Shown piece after piece: positions 1 through 10,127 of a stretch of DNA of 64,000 nucleotides. The stretch comes from an uncultured Desulfobacter sp. (GTDB taxonomy: Bacteria > Desulfobacterota > Desulfobacteria > Desulfobacterales > Desulfobacteraceae). Both the position numbers and the translations under genes were made by a program. The stretch spans positions 2,848,001 to 2,912,000 of the forward strand of contig OY762069.1 in NCBI GenBank assembly GCA_963665095.1, read 5' to 3'. The notes below the pieces were generated by a model. The model was not told where the DNA came from. It did no database searches and worked only from the letters and a program-made list of their open reading frames with translations. The first letter of the stretch is position 1. Each line of letters opens with the position of its first letter.

Positions 1-1212
1 CACAACAAACATCCGGCAGACATGACGCACCTGAGCCCGCTGTTCCATGTTCGGGCCCACCATGAACCCCGGGGTATCAATTAAAGAGAGAATCGGAAGG
101 CCATGGGCATTGCAAAGCTGCATCAGACGGGCGGCTTTATCGGCAGATTCCGCTTCAATAGCACCGGCCATGCGCATGCAGTTATTGGCAATCAGGCCAA
201 AGGCCTTCCCTTTGATGCGCACCAGTCCGGTAATGATACCCTTTCCGAAGTCCGGCCTCAGCTCAAGAAATGATCCTGTGTCCGCCATGGTATTAATGAT
301 CTTTCTAACGTCATAGGTTCGCCGCCGGTTGGCCGGAATCAAATCCCGCAGCAGGGATTGGTCATCTGCCTCCCACTCAGCAACGTCTCCCTGGAAATAG
401 GACAGGTATTGCTTGGCCGTTGCCACGGCCTGGGCTTCATCCGCCACCGTGATGTCAACCACACCATTTTTAGACTGCACATCAATGGGTCCGATCTCCT
501 CCGGCCGGAAACGCCCAAGCCCCCCGCCTTCGACCATGACAGGCCCGCCCATGCCGATATTGGCGTTTCTGGTGGCGATGATGACATCGCAGCAGCCTAG
601 CAGGGCAGCATTGCCGGCAAAGCAGTACCCCGAAACAATCCCGACCATCGGCACCTTCCCGCTCAAACCGCCGAATCTGCCAAAGGTGGATAAATCCAGA
701 CCGGTAATCATGACGCCGGCCGCATCAACATCCCCGGGCCTGCCGCCACCCCCTTCGGCAAAATAGACCAGGGGCAGGCGTTGCTCATGGGTCAGCTCCA
801 GCATCCGGTCTATTTTTTTGTGATTGAAAAAGCCCTGGGTCCCGGCCAGCACCGTATAATCATATGCCAACACCATACAGCGGGCACTTTCTTCATCAAA
901 CAAAGCGGCATTGACCGTTCCAATGCCAGTTATCAGGCCGTCAGCCGGCGTGTTTTCCACAAGATCCTCAAGCGACCGCCGCTGTCGCTGTGCGGCAATA
1001 TTGAGTGCACCATATTCAATAAAACTGCCTGCATCACAAAGATCCAGCACATTCCGGCGCGCCGTCCGCTGCTGCTTTTGTGTCCTTTTTTCCACTGCCC
1101 TGGGCCTGTTTTCATCCAAACCAAAGGAGAGCCGCTGGGTCAGTTCCGACAGGATGGGGTGAACGGGTGAGTCTTCAGTATCTGTATTCTGATTGTCTTT
1201 TGCGTTTTCCAT
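1..1212 (-). CDS. Acyl-CoA carboxylase carboxyltransferase subunit (partial, runs off window start)
   Basis: Absent from the ORF track because its stop lies outside the window. Manual translation from ATG at ~1212: MENAKDNQN...YDYTVLAGTQG...FAEGGGGRPGD, and the same frame at the window start reads IDTPGFMVGP...; these are carboxyl transferase motifs. Confidence 0.88.
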   Translation of the reverse strand, partial: MENAKDNQNTDTEDSPVHPILSELTQRLSFGLDENRPRAVEKRTQKQQRTARRNVLDLCDAGSFIEYGALNIAAQRQRRSLEDLVENTPADGLITGIGTVNAALFDEESARCMVLAYDYTVLAGTQGFFNHKKIDRMLELTHEQRLPLVYFAEGGGGRPGDVDAAGVMITGLDLSTFGRFGGLSGKVPMVGIVSGYCFAGNAALLGCCDVIIATRNANIGMGGPVMVEGGGLGRFRPEEIGPIDVQSKNGVVDITVADEAQAVATAKQYLSYFQGDVAEWEADDQSLLRDLIPANRRRTYDVRKIINTMADTGSFLELRPDFGKGIITGLVRIKGKAFGLIANNCMRMAGAIEAESADKAARLMQLCNAHGLPILSLIDTPGFMVGPNMEQRAQVRHVCRMFVV

Positions 1213-1252
1213 TTGGGTGTTTCCTTTGATTATAAATGATTATAAAAACCGG

Positions 1253-2923
1253 TTATTTTTTTTCAGCTTCCTCATCCCTGAGTATTCTGCGCAACAATTT
1301 TACCCCCTGTTTGGGGAGCTCTTTTCTGAATTCAATGTATACCGGAACCTTGTGGGATGACATGCTTTTTTTCGACCAGGCGATTATTTCCTCAGGTGTG
1401 ATCTTCTCTTCAAATTCCGGTTTAAGAATAATAAAGGACTTGATGACTTCACCTTTTTTGGGGTCGTGGACCGGGATGACCGCGTTTTCCAGTACGGCCG
1501 GGTGCTGATTGATTAAGGCCTCAACCTCCTCGGGAAAGACCGAAAAGCCGGACACCTTGATCATCTCCTTGTATCTTCCAAGCCAGTACAGATATCCGTC
1601 TTCATCAAACTTGCCGACATCTCCGGTATAGACCCATCCGTCGATCAGGGTTGTGGCAGTCTGTTCCGGATTATTCCAATAGCCCTTCATGCAACCTGGA
1701 TTACGAACCACAATTTCCCCTTGTGAGCCAATGGGCAGCTCCTTGCTCTTGTCATCGAAATCCACAATTTTGAACTCTTCCTCAAAACTGGGGATGCCCA
1801 TGGTGCCATATTTAATTTTCTGGCGGGGACAAAACGTATCCAGGGTATGTGTTTCACTCAGACCGTATGCGCCTTCTAAAAGCAGGCAGCCCTTGGTAAA
1901 GGTTTCCCAGTTTTTTGAAATTTTCTCATCCAGGGAGACGACAAAAGAGGTGCACATGTTCAGTTTCAAGCTGCTCAAATCAAAGGCAGATGCCTTTGGA
2001 TGTCCCATAACCGCAAGATTCATGGGAACCGCGCTGTACCACTCTGTTGCTTTGTAGGTATCAATGGCCTGGAGTACGGATAAGGGATCAAACTGGGTTA
2101 AAAGAATATTGGTGGCGCCCTTCAGTACCGGTCCTACCAGGAACAGCATCCCGGCAATATTAAAAAAGGGCATGGTTGTAAGTACACGGCTGTCACCGGT
2201 GATGTTCATAATGGTGTTTGCGGCACAGGGTTTATACAGGTGTGCAAAATGACTTAACATCGCGCCTTTGGGAAGACCGGAGGTGCCGCCGGTGTATTCA
2301 AACAAGGCAATGTCATTGTCCATGTCAATCGCCACCTCAGGCAGAAAGGCGCCATGGAACTCTGACAATGCCTCAACAAAATCTTTGGTTCCCGGGATTT
2401 CCTGTTTTGGAATTTTCATGTAATCCATGACTTTCAGGGCCGGCTCTTCGGGCAGGTAGTCATTGAAATTGGTTGTCACCACGGAGAGAAGGGTGGGCAT
2501 CTCTTTCAAGACCGCACCGACGATGGGCATGAAAATATCCAGGGTAAGCAGGCATTTCATTCCCGCATCATTGACTTCATAGGAGAGTTCCCGCTCCTTA
2601 AACAGAGGAGAACAGGGACATACGATCCCGCCCATCTTCTGGATGCCGAAATGCGCAATAATATATTGCGGACAGTTGCCCATGAACAGGCCAACCCGGT
2701 CTCCTTTCCTGAGACCTGTCTCCATGAGGTAACCGGCAAAGCTGTCCGAGGCCTCATCCAGCTCCTTATAGGTAATTTCCCGGCCATAGTTTATAATAGC
2801 TGCCTTATCCGGAGTGCGGGCTGCATGAATTCTAAGGTACTCAAAAATTGGGATCCTGCCCTCTGGGAAGTCTACGGTGCGGGGCATGTTTTCGGGCCAG
2901 TGTTTCATCCAGATTTTTTCCAT
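1253..2923 (-). CDS. AMP-binding long-chain acyl-CoA synthetase
   Basis: 556 aa; YTGGTSGLPKG P-loop, GAYGLSET, YTGDVG, GRYKEMIKVSG adenylation motifs. Confidence 0.92.
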   Translation of the reverse strand: MEKIWMKHWPENMPRTVDFPEGRIPIFEYLRIHAARTPDKAAIINYGREITYKELDEASDSFAGYLMETGLRKGDRVGLFMGNCPQYIIAHFGIQKMGGIVCPCSPLFKERELSYEVNDAGMKCLLTLDIFMPIVGAVLKEMPTLLSVVTTNFNDYLPEEPALKVMDYMKIPKQEIPGTKDFVEALSEFHGAFLPEVAIDMDNDIALFEYTGGTSGLPKGAMLSHFAHLYKPCAANTIMNITGDSRVLTTMPFFNIAGMLFLVGPVLKGATNILLTQFDPLSVLQAIDTYKATEWYSAVPMNLAVMGHPKASAFDLSSLKLNMCTSFVVSLDEKISKNWETFTKGCLLLEGAYGLSETHTLDTFCPRQKIKYGTMGIPSFEEEFKIVDFDDKSKELPIGSQGEIVVRNPGCMKGYWNNPEQTATTLIDGWVYTGDVGKFDEDGYLYWLGRYKEMIKVSGFSVFPEEVEALINQHPAVLENAVIPVHDPKKGEVIKSFIILKPEFEEKITPEEIIAWSKKSMSSHKVPVYIEFRKELPKQGVKLLRRILRDEEAEKK

Positions 2924-3036
2924 AATTTTTCTCCTCGTTTTAAGAAATCATTCCAGATACAAAATAACAGCCGTGCCTGGGCAACGCCTTTGATAAAAAT
3001 ATAAAGGCATCAGCCAGGAATTCCCTGCCTGTTTGA

Positions 3037-3051
3037 GCAAAAAATATGCCA
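3037..3051 (-). promoter_or_regulatory. Sigma54 (-24/-12) promoter for the acyl-CoA synthetase operon
   Basis: Minus strand reads TGGCATATTTTTTGC, with GG and GC exactly 10 nt apart; ~115 bp upstream of the synthetase and next to a divergent sigma54 activator. Confidence 0.8.
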
Positions 3052-3227
3052 TCTGTTAACACCTTGCTGGCCATCCACGGCGGCTGGATGGCTGGGGAAA
3101 AACCCAACAGGCGTTGTATAGGCGATATCCCGCAGAAAAAAGCGACATAAACCAATATCGCAGAAGGTATGATGATGGTGGATATAGACTTGCCTTCACC
3201 TCCAAGGATTGGTAAACATCACAGGAA

Positions 3228-4853
3228 TTGCCCGACATGACACCAAACCTGATAATATTGCTGAGTGATAACAAACCCATGAAAGAAGATATGGACAGAC
3301 AGGTTGAATTCGAACGGCTGCTGTTTGAGATTTCATCCAAATTTGTGAACCTGCCCGGGGCTGAAGTGGACAGGGAGATAAATGATGCACTCAAAGCTGT
3401 AGTCGAGTTTCTTGATGTTGACCAAAGCGTTTTTGGCGAATTCAAGGGAGATGGCGGGACCTTGAAAATAATTCGCGGATATACCTCGACCAGGTGGCAG
3501 GAGAGCAGAGGACTGATGCTCAATGACATTGCACCCAATTTTACCCGGGATCTGCAGGTCCATGAGGTAGTCAACCTGTCCCGGCTGCCGGATCACCTGC
3601 CCGGGGCGTGGAACCAAGAAAGAGAATACGTCAAACGGGTGGGACTGAAATCCTGTGTCGGCATAGGCCTTAAGGCGGGCGGATCGTTATTGGGTGTGAT
3701 TATTTTTGAATCCTATGAAACCTATCAGCATTGGACAGACCGGGTTATTCAGCAGATAAGGCTGCTTGCACAGGTTTTCGCCAATGCCATGGAACGCAGG
3801 GTGGCAGACATGAAACTGCGGCAGGCGTTCAGTAAAATCAAGGACCTTTCAGAACGGTTAAAGGCGGAAAACAGGTATTTATGGGAAACCATCAGCGCTA
3901 CTGGCCGCTATAAGGACATTGTCGGTCGCAGCAGAGGGATTCAGCATGTGCTGGGAAAAATAGAGCAGGTCTCCCGCACCGAATCCACCGTGCTTTTTCT
4001 TGGGGAGACCGGCACCGGCAAGACCCTTCTTTCGCGACTGGTACATCAGCTGAGCCCCAGGAAAAACAAGACCATGCTGACGGTAAATTGTGCAACCCTG
4101 CCGGCGAATCTTCTGGAAAGCGAATTATTCGGCCATGAAAAAGGGGCTTTTACCGGTGCGATATCCAGAAAAATCGGCCGGTTTGAAATCGCAGACGGAT
4201 CCACCCTGTTTCTGGATGAAATTGGAGAGCTGCCCCTTGATCAGCAGGCAAAATTATTAAAAGTCCTTGATGACGGCGAATTTGAACGGCTGGGAAACGC
4301 AACGCCCATCAAGGTGGATGTCCGCATTGTTGCGGCCTCCAACCGGGACCTTGCCAAAATGGTAAAAGAGGGAAAATTCAGACAGGACCTGTACTATCGC
4401 CTGAATGTATACCCCATTCAGGTGCCTCCGCTCAGAGAACGCAGGGAAGATATCCCAGATCTGGTATGGGTATTTGTCAGGGAATTCTGCAAAACCATGG
4501 GAAAAAACATCAGCATCATCCCCCAAAAAGACCTGGACGTCATTGTCCGTCACCCATGGCCCGGCAATATCCGGGAGTTAAGAAACGTAGTGGAAAACGC
4601 CATGATATCCAACAGTCAGGACACATTGCACCTTTCTGTGCCAAAGCCTGTGATGCCCGGTAACACGGACAGCCTGACCTTTGCCGAGATGCAGCGCCGC
4701 CATATTACAAAAATATTAAAAACAACACGGGGACGGATTAAAGGACCGGGAGGCGCTGCGGACCTCCTTTACCTCAAACCATCCACCCTGTATTCCAAAA
4801 TGAAGCGGTTAGGCATTCCTTTTCCCGGAAAAAACCAGGGGAATTTTTCCTGA
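3228..4853 (+). CDS. Sigma54-dependent Fis-family activator with N-terminal GAF-like domain (true start possibly 3279)
   Basis: GETGTGKT Walker [32 protein letters not shown]-terminal HTH. Confidence 0.93.
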   Translation: MPDMTPNLIILLSDNKPMKEDMDRQVEFERLLFEISSKFVNLPGAEVDREINDALKAVVEFLDVDQSVFGEFKGDGGTLKIIRGYTSTRWQESRGLMLNDIAPNFTRDLQVHEVVNLSRLPDHLPGAWNQEREYVKRVGLKSCVGIGLKAGGSLLGVIIFESYETYQHWTDRVIQQIRLLAQVFANAMERRVADMKLRQAFSKIKDLSERLKAENRYLWETISATGRYKDIVGRSRGIQHVLGKIEQVSRTESTVLFLGETGTGKTLLSRLVHQLSPRKNKTMLTVNCATLPANLLESELFGHEKGAFTGAISRKIGRFEIADGSTLFLDEIGELPLDQQAKLLKVLDDGEFERLGNATPIKVDVRIVAASNRDLAKMVKEGKFRQDLYYRLNVYPIQVPPLRERREDIPDLVWVFVREFCKTMGKNISIIPQKDLDVIVRHPWPGNIRELRNVVENAMISNSQDTLHLSVPKPVMPGNTDSLTFAEMQRRHITKILKTTRGRIKGPGGAADLLYLKPSTLYSKMKRLGIPFPGKNQGNFS

Positions 4854-5127
4854 CGCAACCCATATCTTAAAAGATAATCCGCGCAAAAGGACGTTATTTC
4901 GCCCCCAATTTTTAAAACCCTTTCCCGGTCTCCCTGCTCAAAAGCCTTCTGGATTCTGCGGCGTCAAGGATACCGGGCTATTTGATCTCCAATATACATT
5001 TCAGGCCGGCCGGTTGTTTCTTCCGCCCATACCAATGGATTTCACATTGGGACGATATTTCAACCCGGGTTCTTAATTTCGTCCTGCCGATTGCACGCCG
5101 GGTCAAAGATTATTGTTGTTGCCACAT

Positions 5128-5252
5128 CAACAATCTGCGTTGCATCAATATCAAGCAAAATACTGAAAACCGATATCATTTTGTATTTGCCGGATCTCCT
5201 CAAGGCTGCGGCCACCGCCATGGCGCATGAACACAAGTGATTCGATAAACTT
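5128..5252 (-). mobile_element. Degenerate IS1380-family transposase remnant
   Basis: Minus strand encodes KFIESLVFMRHGGGRSLEEIRQIQND next to ILLDIDATQIV, which resemble the GGGRSLED and LDIDAT segments I recall from IS1380 transposases; no intact ORF. Confidence 0.55.
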
Positions 5253-5273
5253 GCAAAATGAGGAAGGGTGAGG

Positions 5274-6455
5274 CTATCCGGATAATGAAGACAAAAAGGC
5301 TTTCAAACCGATTTTCCCGTTCAGAATGCCAACTTTTTTTCGGATCTGGGCCCTGTGGGTATTCACTGTACTTAGGGCAATCCCCATGATATCGGCAATC
5401 TCTTTTGTTGTTTTTCCGGACCTGATGTGATTGGCGACCTGTATCTGTGTGCCGGTAAGCTGCAGGTGTTTTAAATTCTTTGAGAAGGATGAACAGACAT
5501 TGGCCATTGCAGTTTTTACTTCATCAATAAGGACCTTTCCGGTATCAGATGCGTCTATGGACAGTTCATCAAGAAGGGGAAACACAAGGGCATGCAGATT
5601 GTCTATCACCTTACCTTCAAGATTGATTTTATCTGTCTCCCTTTTTTTAAGCAGAACTTTAAGGGCGGTATTGGTATCTGAGATCTCAGCCTTCTGGGTT
5701 GATAAGGCCAGTTCCGCCTTTTTGAATCTGGAAATATCCTGGGTGATTCCCATTATTCCTAAAACTTTTCCATCAATGGTGATGGGTGAAATCGTGCTTT
5801 CAAAATACTGTTTTTCACTGCTTTCCCCGGCGGTGTAAATACTGCGGACAACCTGGCCGTTTAAACTTTTGACAGCCTGTTCCTTCCATACGGATTGAAG
5901 TGTCTGACAAATTTTAAGATCCTCAATCCGCTTCCCTATCACGTTTCCCCATTTGTCCCGGCTGTGCCTGTTTTGAAATACATACCGAAGGCATTCATCC
6001 ATGGCCCAGAAGTCAAAGGCAAAATTATTGATCAGGTTGGATACCGAAATATTCATCCCCTCATTTTCTTTGATTCTGAAGAAAAGCCCTGTTGAAGCAA
6101 AGGCCTGCATGATCATAATCTGCTGATGAAGCAGGGCTTTTGAAAACGGTCTTTGCACAAAACCTATGCTCCCCGGGACAAGCAAACTCTCAAACCGGGG
6201 AAGCCTTGAAATTTTTCCGCAAAAAATGATTTGAGGAAACGATGCTTTTTGTAATTGGCTGCAGAGATCGGCTATGGATTCCGCCCCGGTCAGCGCCACG
6301 GCATCAACATCCACTATGGCCAGTTGGGAATGACTATCACCAACGGTTATTTCCAGTGGAAAATTCAAAGGTTTAACTTTAAACCCAACAGGTATTGTAT
6401 TTTCAATTTCACTGTGAAAAATATTTGAACTGCTGATGGAAGAAATCGTTTTCAT
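5274..6455 (-). CDS. PAS-domain LuxR-family transcriptional regulator
   Basis: Central PAS (FVFQN-like segment...GIMGITQDIS), C-terminal LTGTQIQVANHIRSGKTTKEIADIMGIALSTVNTHRAQIRKK HTH. Confidence 0.85.
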   Translation of the reverse strand: MKTISSISSSNIFHSEIENTIPVGFKVKPLNFPLEITVGDSHSQLAIVDVDAVALTGAESIADLCSQLQKASFPQIIFCGKISRLPRFESLLVPGSIGFVQRPFSKALLHQQIMIMQAFASTGLFFRIKENEGMNISVSNLINNFAFDFWAMDECLRYVFQNRHSRDKWGNVIGKRIEDLKICQTLQSVWKEQAVKSLNGQVVRSIYTAGESSEKQYFESTISPITIDGKVLGIMGITQDISRFKKAELALSTQKAEISDTNTALKVLLKKRETDKINLEGKVIDNLHALVFPLLDELSIDASDTGKVLIDEVKTAMANVCSSFSKNLKHLQLTGTQIQVANHIRSGKTTKEIADIMGIALSTVNTHRAQIRKKVGILNGKIGLKAFLSSLSG

Positions 6456-6936
6456 GGGGTAAGGCTCCTGTTCGGTAGTAGCAAACTGTTACTCAGATCA
6501 AATCCGCGTGACAAAATCCCATCATTAAACACGTTGCTGCAAAAAACGAATTTTTTAACTCCATGCACAATAACAAATGCGGTAGAGCCCTAATCATACA
6601 CCAATAAAAATCTCACATGATTAGTTCAACTCTCTTACCTCTAAGAATATTGGAAAGTCAACGAATTCAGGAAAAAATCACCAACATTAAAGGCCCGAAG
6701 GACACCCCATCCCCAGGTAAGGCCCAGGTATTCAGAGTGCAGGAGTCGGTTTAAATCTATCTTTGTCTCCTTTATCCTGATCACCTTTTGCCATCTCTCT
6801 GCGTAAACAATAATGATTTTTCCTCCTTATTTTATCAGCACTCTTTCAATATTTCCGTAACTGCAAAATTGTGTTTAGATTCTTTTTTGGCAAATGCAGA
6901 AATTCAAAAAAACTCTAACTCAACAGGAAGGCTTTA

Positions 6937-7524
6937 ATGAAAAACTTGTCAAAAAAGAATCTAGTATTAGTTGTCTGTGCCGCGGCGTTAATTCTTTTAT
7001 CCGGCTGTGTCAGCGGACAAATGATGAAACCAGCAGAAATGATATCCTTGGCCCGGACAGATGACGTTCTGGTAACCGTGGTACGCCCGCAGACCTTTGT
7101 CGGTGCGGCCATCAGCAGCTCCATCTGGGATTCCGACAAACTGGTCGGCGCCATCAGTGGCGGTCAGTACGTACAATACCAGACTGCACCGGGCAAACAC
7201 GTGTTTCTGTCCCGGGCGGAAAACTGGTCCTATCTAAGCGCTGAATTTTTACCAGGCAAACACTATGTTATCCGGGCTGACGTCTTCCCCGGGGTCTGGA
7301 AAGCCAGAATTGCCCTCAATACAATTGATAAATCCGATCCAGACTACAAGAAAACTGTGGATAGCTGGCTTAAAAAATTAAAACCAATGCAGCTGGATAC
7401 CGAAAAATCAGATGAATACGCGGCAAAGCGATTGAATGAAGTGAAGCAGGCCATTCAGGATTTTGAAGACGGGAAAGTAAAATTTAGTTCTCTTCTACCG
7501 GAAGATTTCGTAGCAATTCAATAA
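6937..7524 (+). CDS. Lipoprotein of unknown function (possibly DUF2846-like)
   Basis: Signal peptide with lipobox LLSGC; 195 aa; RBS AGGAAGG. Confidence 0.7.
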   Translation: MKNLSKKNLVLVVCAAALILLSGCVSGQMMKPAEMISLARTDDVLVTVVRPQTFVGAAISSSIWDSDKLVGAISGGQYVQYQTAPGKHVFLSRAENWSYLSAEFLPGKHYVIRADVFPGVWKARIALNTIDKSDPDYKKTVDSWLKKLKPMQLDTEKSDEYAAKRLNEVKQAIQDFEDGKVKFSSLLPEDFVAIQ

Positions 7525-7596
7525 CGAATGCGAATGCCCGCACAGCCGGCATCCGGCAGGGCAAAGCGCAGGCCGTCCCACCACGGCATGAAGATT

Positions 7597-7642
7597 CCAT
7601 CCCCCCTGGATAATCAGACTCCTGATGATCCAGGGGGGATGG
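7597..7642. terminator. Strong stem-loop downstream of the lipoprotein gene
   Basis: CCATCCCCCCTGGAT...ATCCAGGGGGGATGG perfect 15 bp arms, followed by TCGTTTT. Confidence 0.55.
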
Positions 7643-7829
7643 TCGTTTTATCAAACGCGATGGAAAATTCGCATAAACAGTAGCCTCGAACCTTTGAACC
7701 TGTGACCCTCCTGTTGACCTGAGAACAGCATTGTAAAAAACGCTGTCTAAGCAAGAAGCCATGGTTGCTTTTCCCTTAATTTTATATAAAATACCCGACC
7801 AGTGCACAGTTTTTGAAAGGTTTATATTG

Positions 7830-8042
7830 ATGATCATTGACGCTCACACGCATATCTACCCTGATGATGTGGCATACAAAGCACTCAATACGGTAATGGA
7901 AAATGGCAACGGACTTGTGAATATCCATACTGACGGGACACACAGCGGCCTTCCTGTATCGATGAACAGGGCAGGTATTGACTACTCAATTGTACTTCCT
8001 GTGGCCACCGGTAGTTATCTGAAAAATAGAGTCACAACTTAA
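7830..8042 (+). pseudogene. Truncated amidohydrolase_2-family gene (N-terminal fragment only)
   Basis: MIIDAHTHIYPD...DGT...SMNRAGIDYSIVLPVAT then a stop after ~70 aa; the HxH metal motif is present but the barrel is missing. Confidence 0.7.
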
Positions 8043-8051
8043 AACGGAGAC

Positions 8052-9494
8052 TTGTATTTGGTAAAGCAGACATTTATTCGCAGGTGTATAACGGAAACCA
8101 TAGAAGGGTTAAGAGACGGTCTGACTCATTTTTCCGGGCCGAGCCGGGCAGCAGTAATCTACGCCATTACCCCTGACGACCCCATCCATATCTTTGATCC
8201 CCAGAATCTTCTATGCGGCCACGAACCGAAATTCAAAGAGTTGTATCTTGATTCGGATGACTGGCGAAAAAAGGACACCGTTAAATATGACAAAAAGAAA
8301 TTCAGCGAACTGATTCCTGAAAAGAACCTCGGGCTTGCCGGATTAATATCCTATGGCGGGCGATCAAGCTCAGTTCTTTACCAGATGTGGTTTACCGACC
8401 ACCAGCCGGACATATGTTCCATCGGCCCAACTGAATGCTGGCTGGAACATGCTGTGTACCGATTCTCCCATGACATCGCCAATGAAGAAGAGTTGTACAC
8501 CGGCATTTCCGGCGGCTTTTTAAAAGAGTATGCCACCCATGCGGTCAGGGACTATATTGTGGATGAAATGAATGTCCTGATTGGTTGGGATACCAGAATC
8601 CGGGTTTACCCGATTTTAGAGACAGTGCTTAAAATATCAAGGACGCCTGAAGAGGGAGAATGGCCCAAGGGCAAGCTGATTTTTGTGGAAAAAGGATCCA
8701 TTTCCAAAATAAATTTCATTTTAGAACTTCCTGAGGCAGAACGCCCTGACCTGGACAATGTCAAGCATATCAGAAAGCTGCTTCAGTCAGTTGAAAATTC
8801 AGATTTAAAATTGGTTGCCGCTGAAAATACAATCATTGGCATCACTAAGGAAGATCCTCCAAATTTTTTTATCTCAGTCGACTTTAAAGGCCGGTACGGT
8901 TTTCTGGCACTCAACAACAAGCAGGTGTGCTCTTTTTCCGATGGCAGTTTTAAATCCACCACCCATAAAGCAAAGCTGGTGCAGGTGGAAGAGACATTAA
9001 TGGACTTTGATCTGGATGCTGAAAATGTAACGGATCTATTCAAAATCATAACCGGGATCGTTCACAGTGCCGCAAGCCTTCGGCATGGCTGCAGCATTGT
9101 AATTGACATGAACGAGACACCGGTTTTTATCATGGGCCATTCACTCCTGCACCCGCTGGATCTGAAGGATGAGGAAAACTATAATCTGGCCAAATCCCTT
9201 TCAAAGGTGGATGGAGCCCTGCATATCGGGGCTGATTTAAAACTGCACGGATTTGCCTGCCTCCTGGAAGGCAGTTATGTAACCGGTGAAAACCGGGCAC
9301 GGGGTGCCCGGTTTAATTCAGCGCTGCGGTTCACAGCGGAACACGAAAATATTCTTGTGATCGTGGTTTCCTCTGACACCCCGGTCTCGGTCATGATGGG
9401 CGGTGTAGTGCTTGAAACCAAATGGAAACGGGAGACATCTCTGATCTGCAACATCCCCGTCCCTCTGCAGGAATGGGTGGCTAAAACCAAATAA
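8052..9494 (+). CDS. DisA_N / diadenylate cyclase (DAC) domain protein with long N-terminal sensor-like region
   Basis: C-terminal HGCSIVI...SKVDGALHI (DGA motif)...RGARFNSA (RHR-like motif)...VVSSD; 480 aa. Confidence 0.8.
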   Translation: MYLVKQTFIRRCITETIEGLRDGLTHFSGPSRAAVIYAITPDDPIHIFDPQNLLCGHEPKFKELYLDSDDWRKKDTVKYDKKKFSELIPEKNLGLAGLISYGGRSSSVLYQMWFTDHQPDICSIGPTECWLEHAVYRFSHDIANEEELYTGISGGFLKEYATHAVRDYIVDEMNVLIGWDTRIRVYPILETVLKISRTPEEGEWPKGKLIFVEKGSISKINFILELPEAERPDLDNVKHIRKLLQSVENSDLKLVAAENTIIGITKEDPPNFFISVDFKGRYGFLALNNKQVCSFSDGSFKSTTHKAKLVQVEETLMDFDLDAENVTDLFKIITGIVHSAASLRHGCSIVIDMNETPVFIMGHSLLHPLDLKDEENYNLAKSLSKVDGALHIGADLKLHGFACLLEGSYVTGENRARGARFNSALRFTAEHENILVIVVSSDTPVSVMMGGVVLETKWKRETSLICNIPVPLQEWVAKTK

Positions 9495-9540
9495 GAATGT
9501 TGCCCGTTATTCTCCGTGATAGCCGGCATGCCCTGGGGGG
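9121..9540 (+). repeat. Direct repeat copy 1 (3' end of DAC gene plus short flank)
   Basis: Matches 16103..~16515; manual alignment gives ~23 nt differences over the 363 nt coding part. Confidence 0.95.
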
Positions 9541-9899
9541 TGTATTTTCCATGCCCACCACCAGCATCTGGTACAGCCCGCTTTCCACCTTGCCCTTAAG
9601 TTTTGTTTGGGGCGGGATGCGGTTAATACAGATGCTGTAATCCACTGCCAGCACCTTTTTTGAAAAATAGACCGGCACTGGGTCAAACACTTCTGCCATC
9701 TGGATTGCATTCATTTCACAGGCCAGGCCGGCCGGATATGTCTCTTCAGTAATCCCCAATTTTCAAGGGTCTTTCTCTGGCCGTCCAGGATGGCACTGCC
9801 GTGGCTTCCCATGGTGGTTATAGGTGTAGGAATAAACGGTCGTGGTTCCGCAAAGAATTTTTGTTTTCCCGATGATCCTGCCGCCCGTATCCCGCTCAA
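9507..9899 (-). pseudogene. Frameshifted remnant of a lactate racemase-domain (LarA/DUF2088-like) gene
   Basis: Pieces in different frames: PFIP..TMGSHGSAILDGQRKTLENWG / GITEET...PVYFSKK...CINRIPPQTKLKGKVESGLYQMLVVGM / GHAGYH, resembling the family motifs MGSHG, NRIKPHT and ESGLxKM. Confidence 0.65.
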
Positions 9900-10127
9900 A
9901 AAACGAAAAAAATATCGAAGTCCCGCCCACTACAGCATTGCTTACGAATGTTTTTTGTTCATGATAATTGCCTTTTGGGAAGGGGTTGTGTAATGTAAAG
10001 CCTGTCCAGGCGGTTATTTGACTTAATTTGTGACTTTATGGGTATTGCCCTTTTACGGTGGTGAGGCCGGACCTGGCATGCCGAGTAATTCTAATATCTA
10101 TCACCAGGCTCCAATTGGGAGGTCTTA

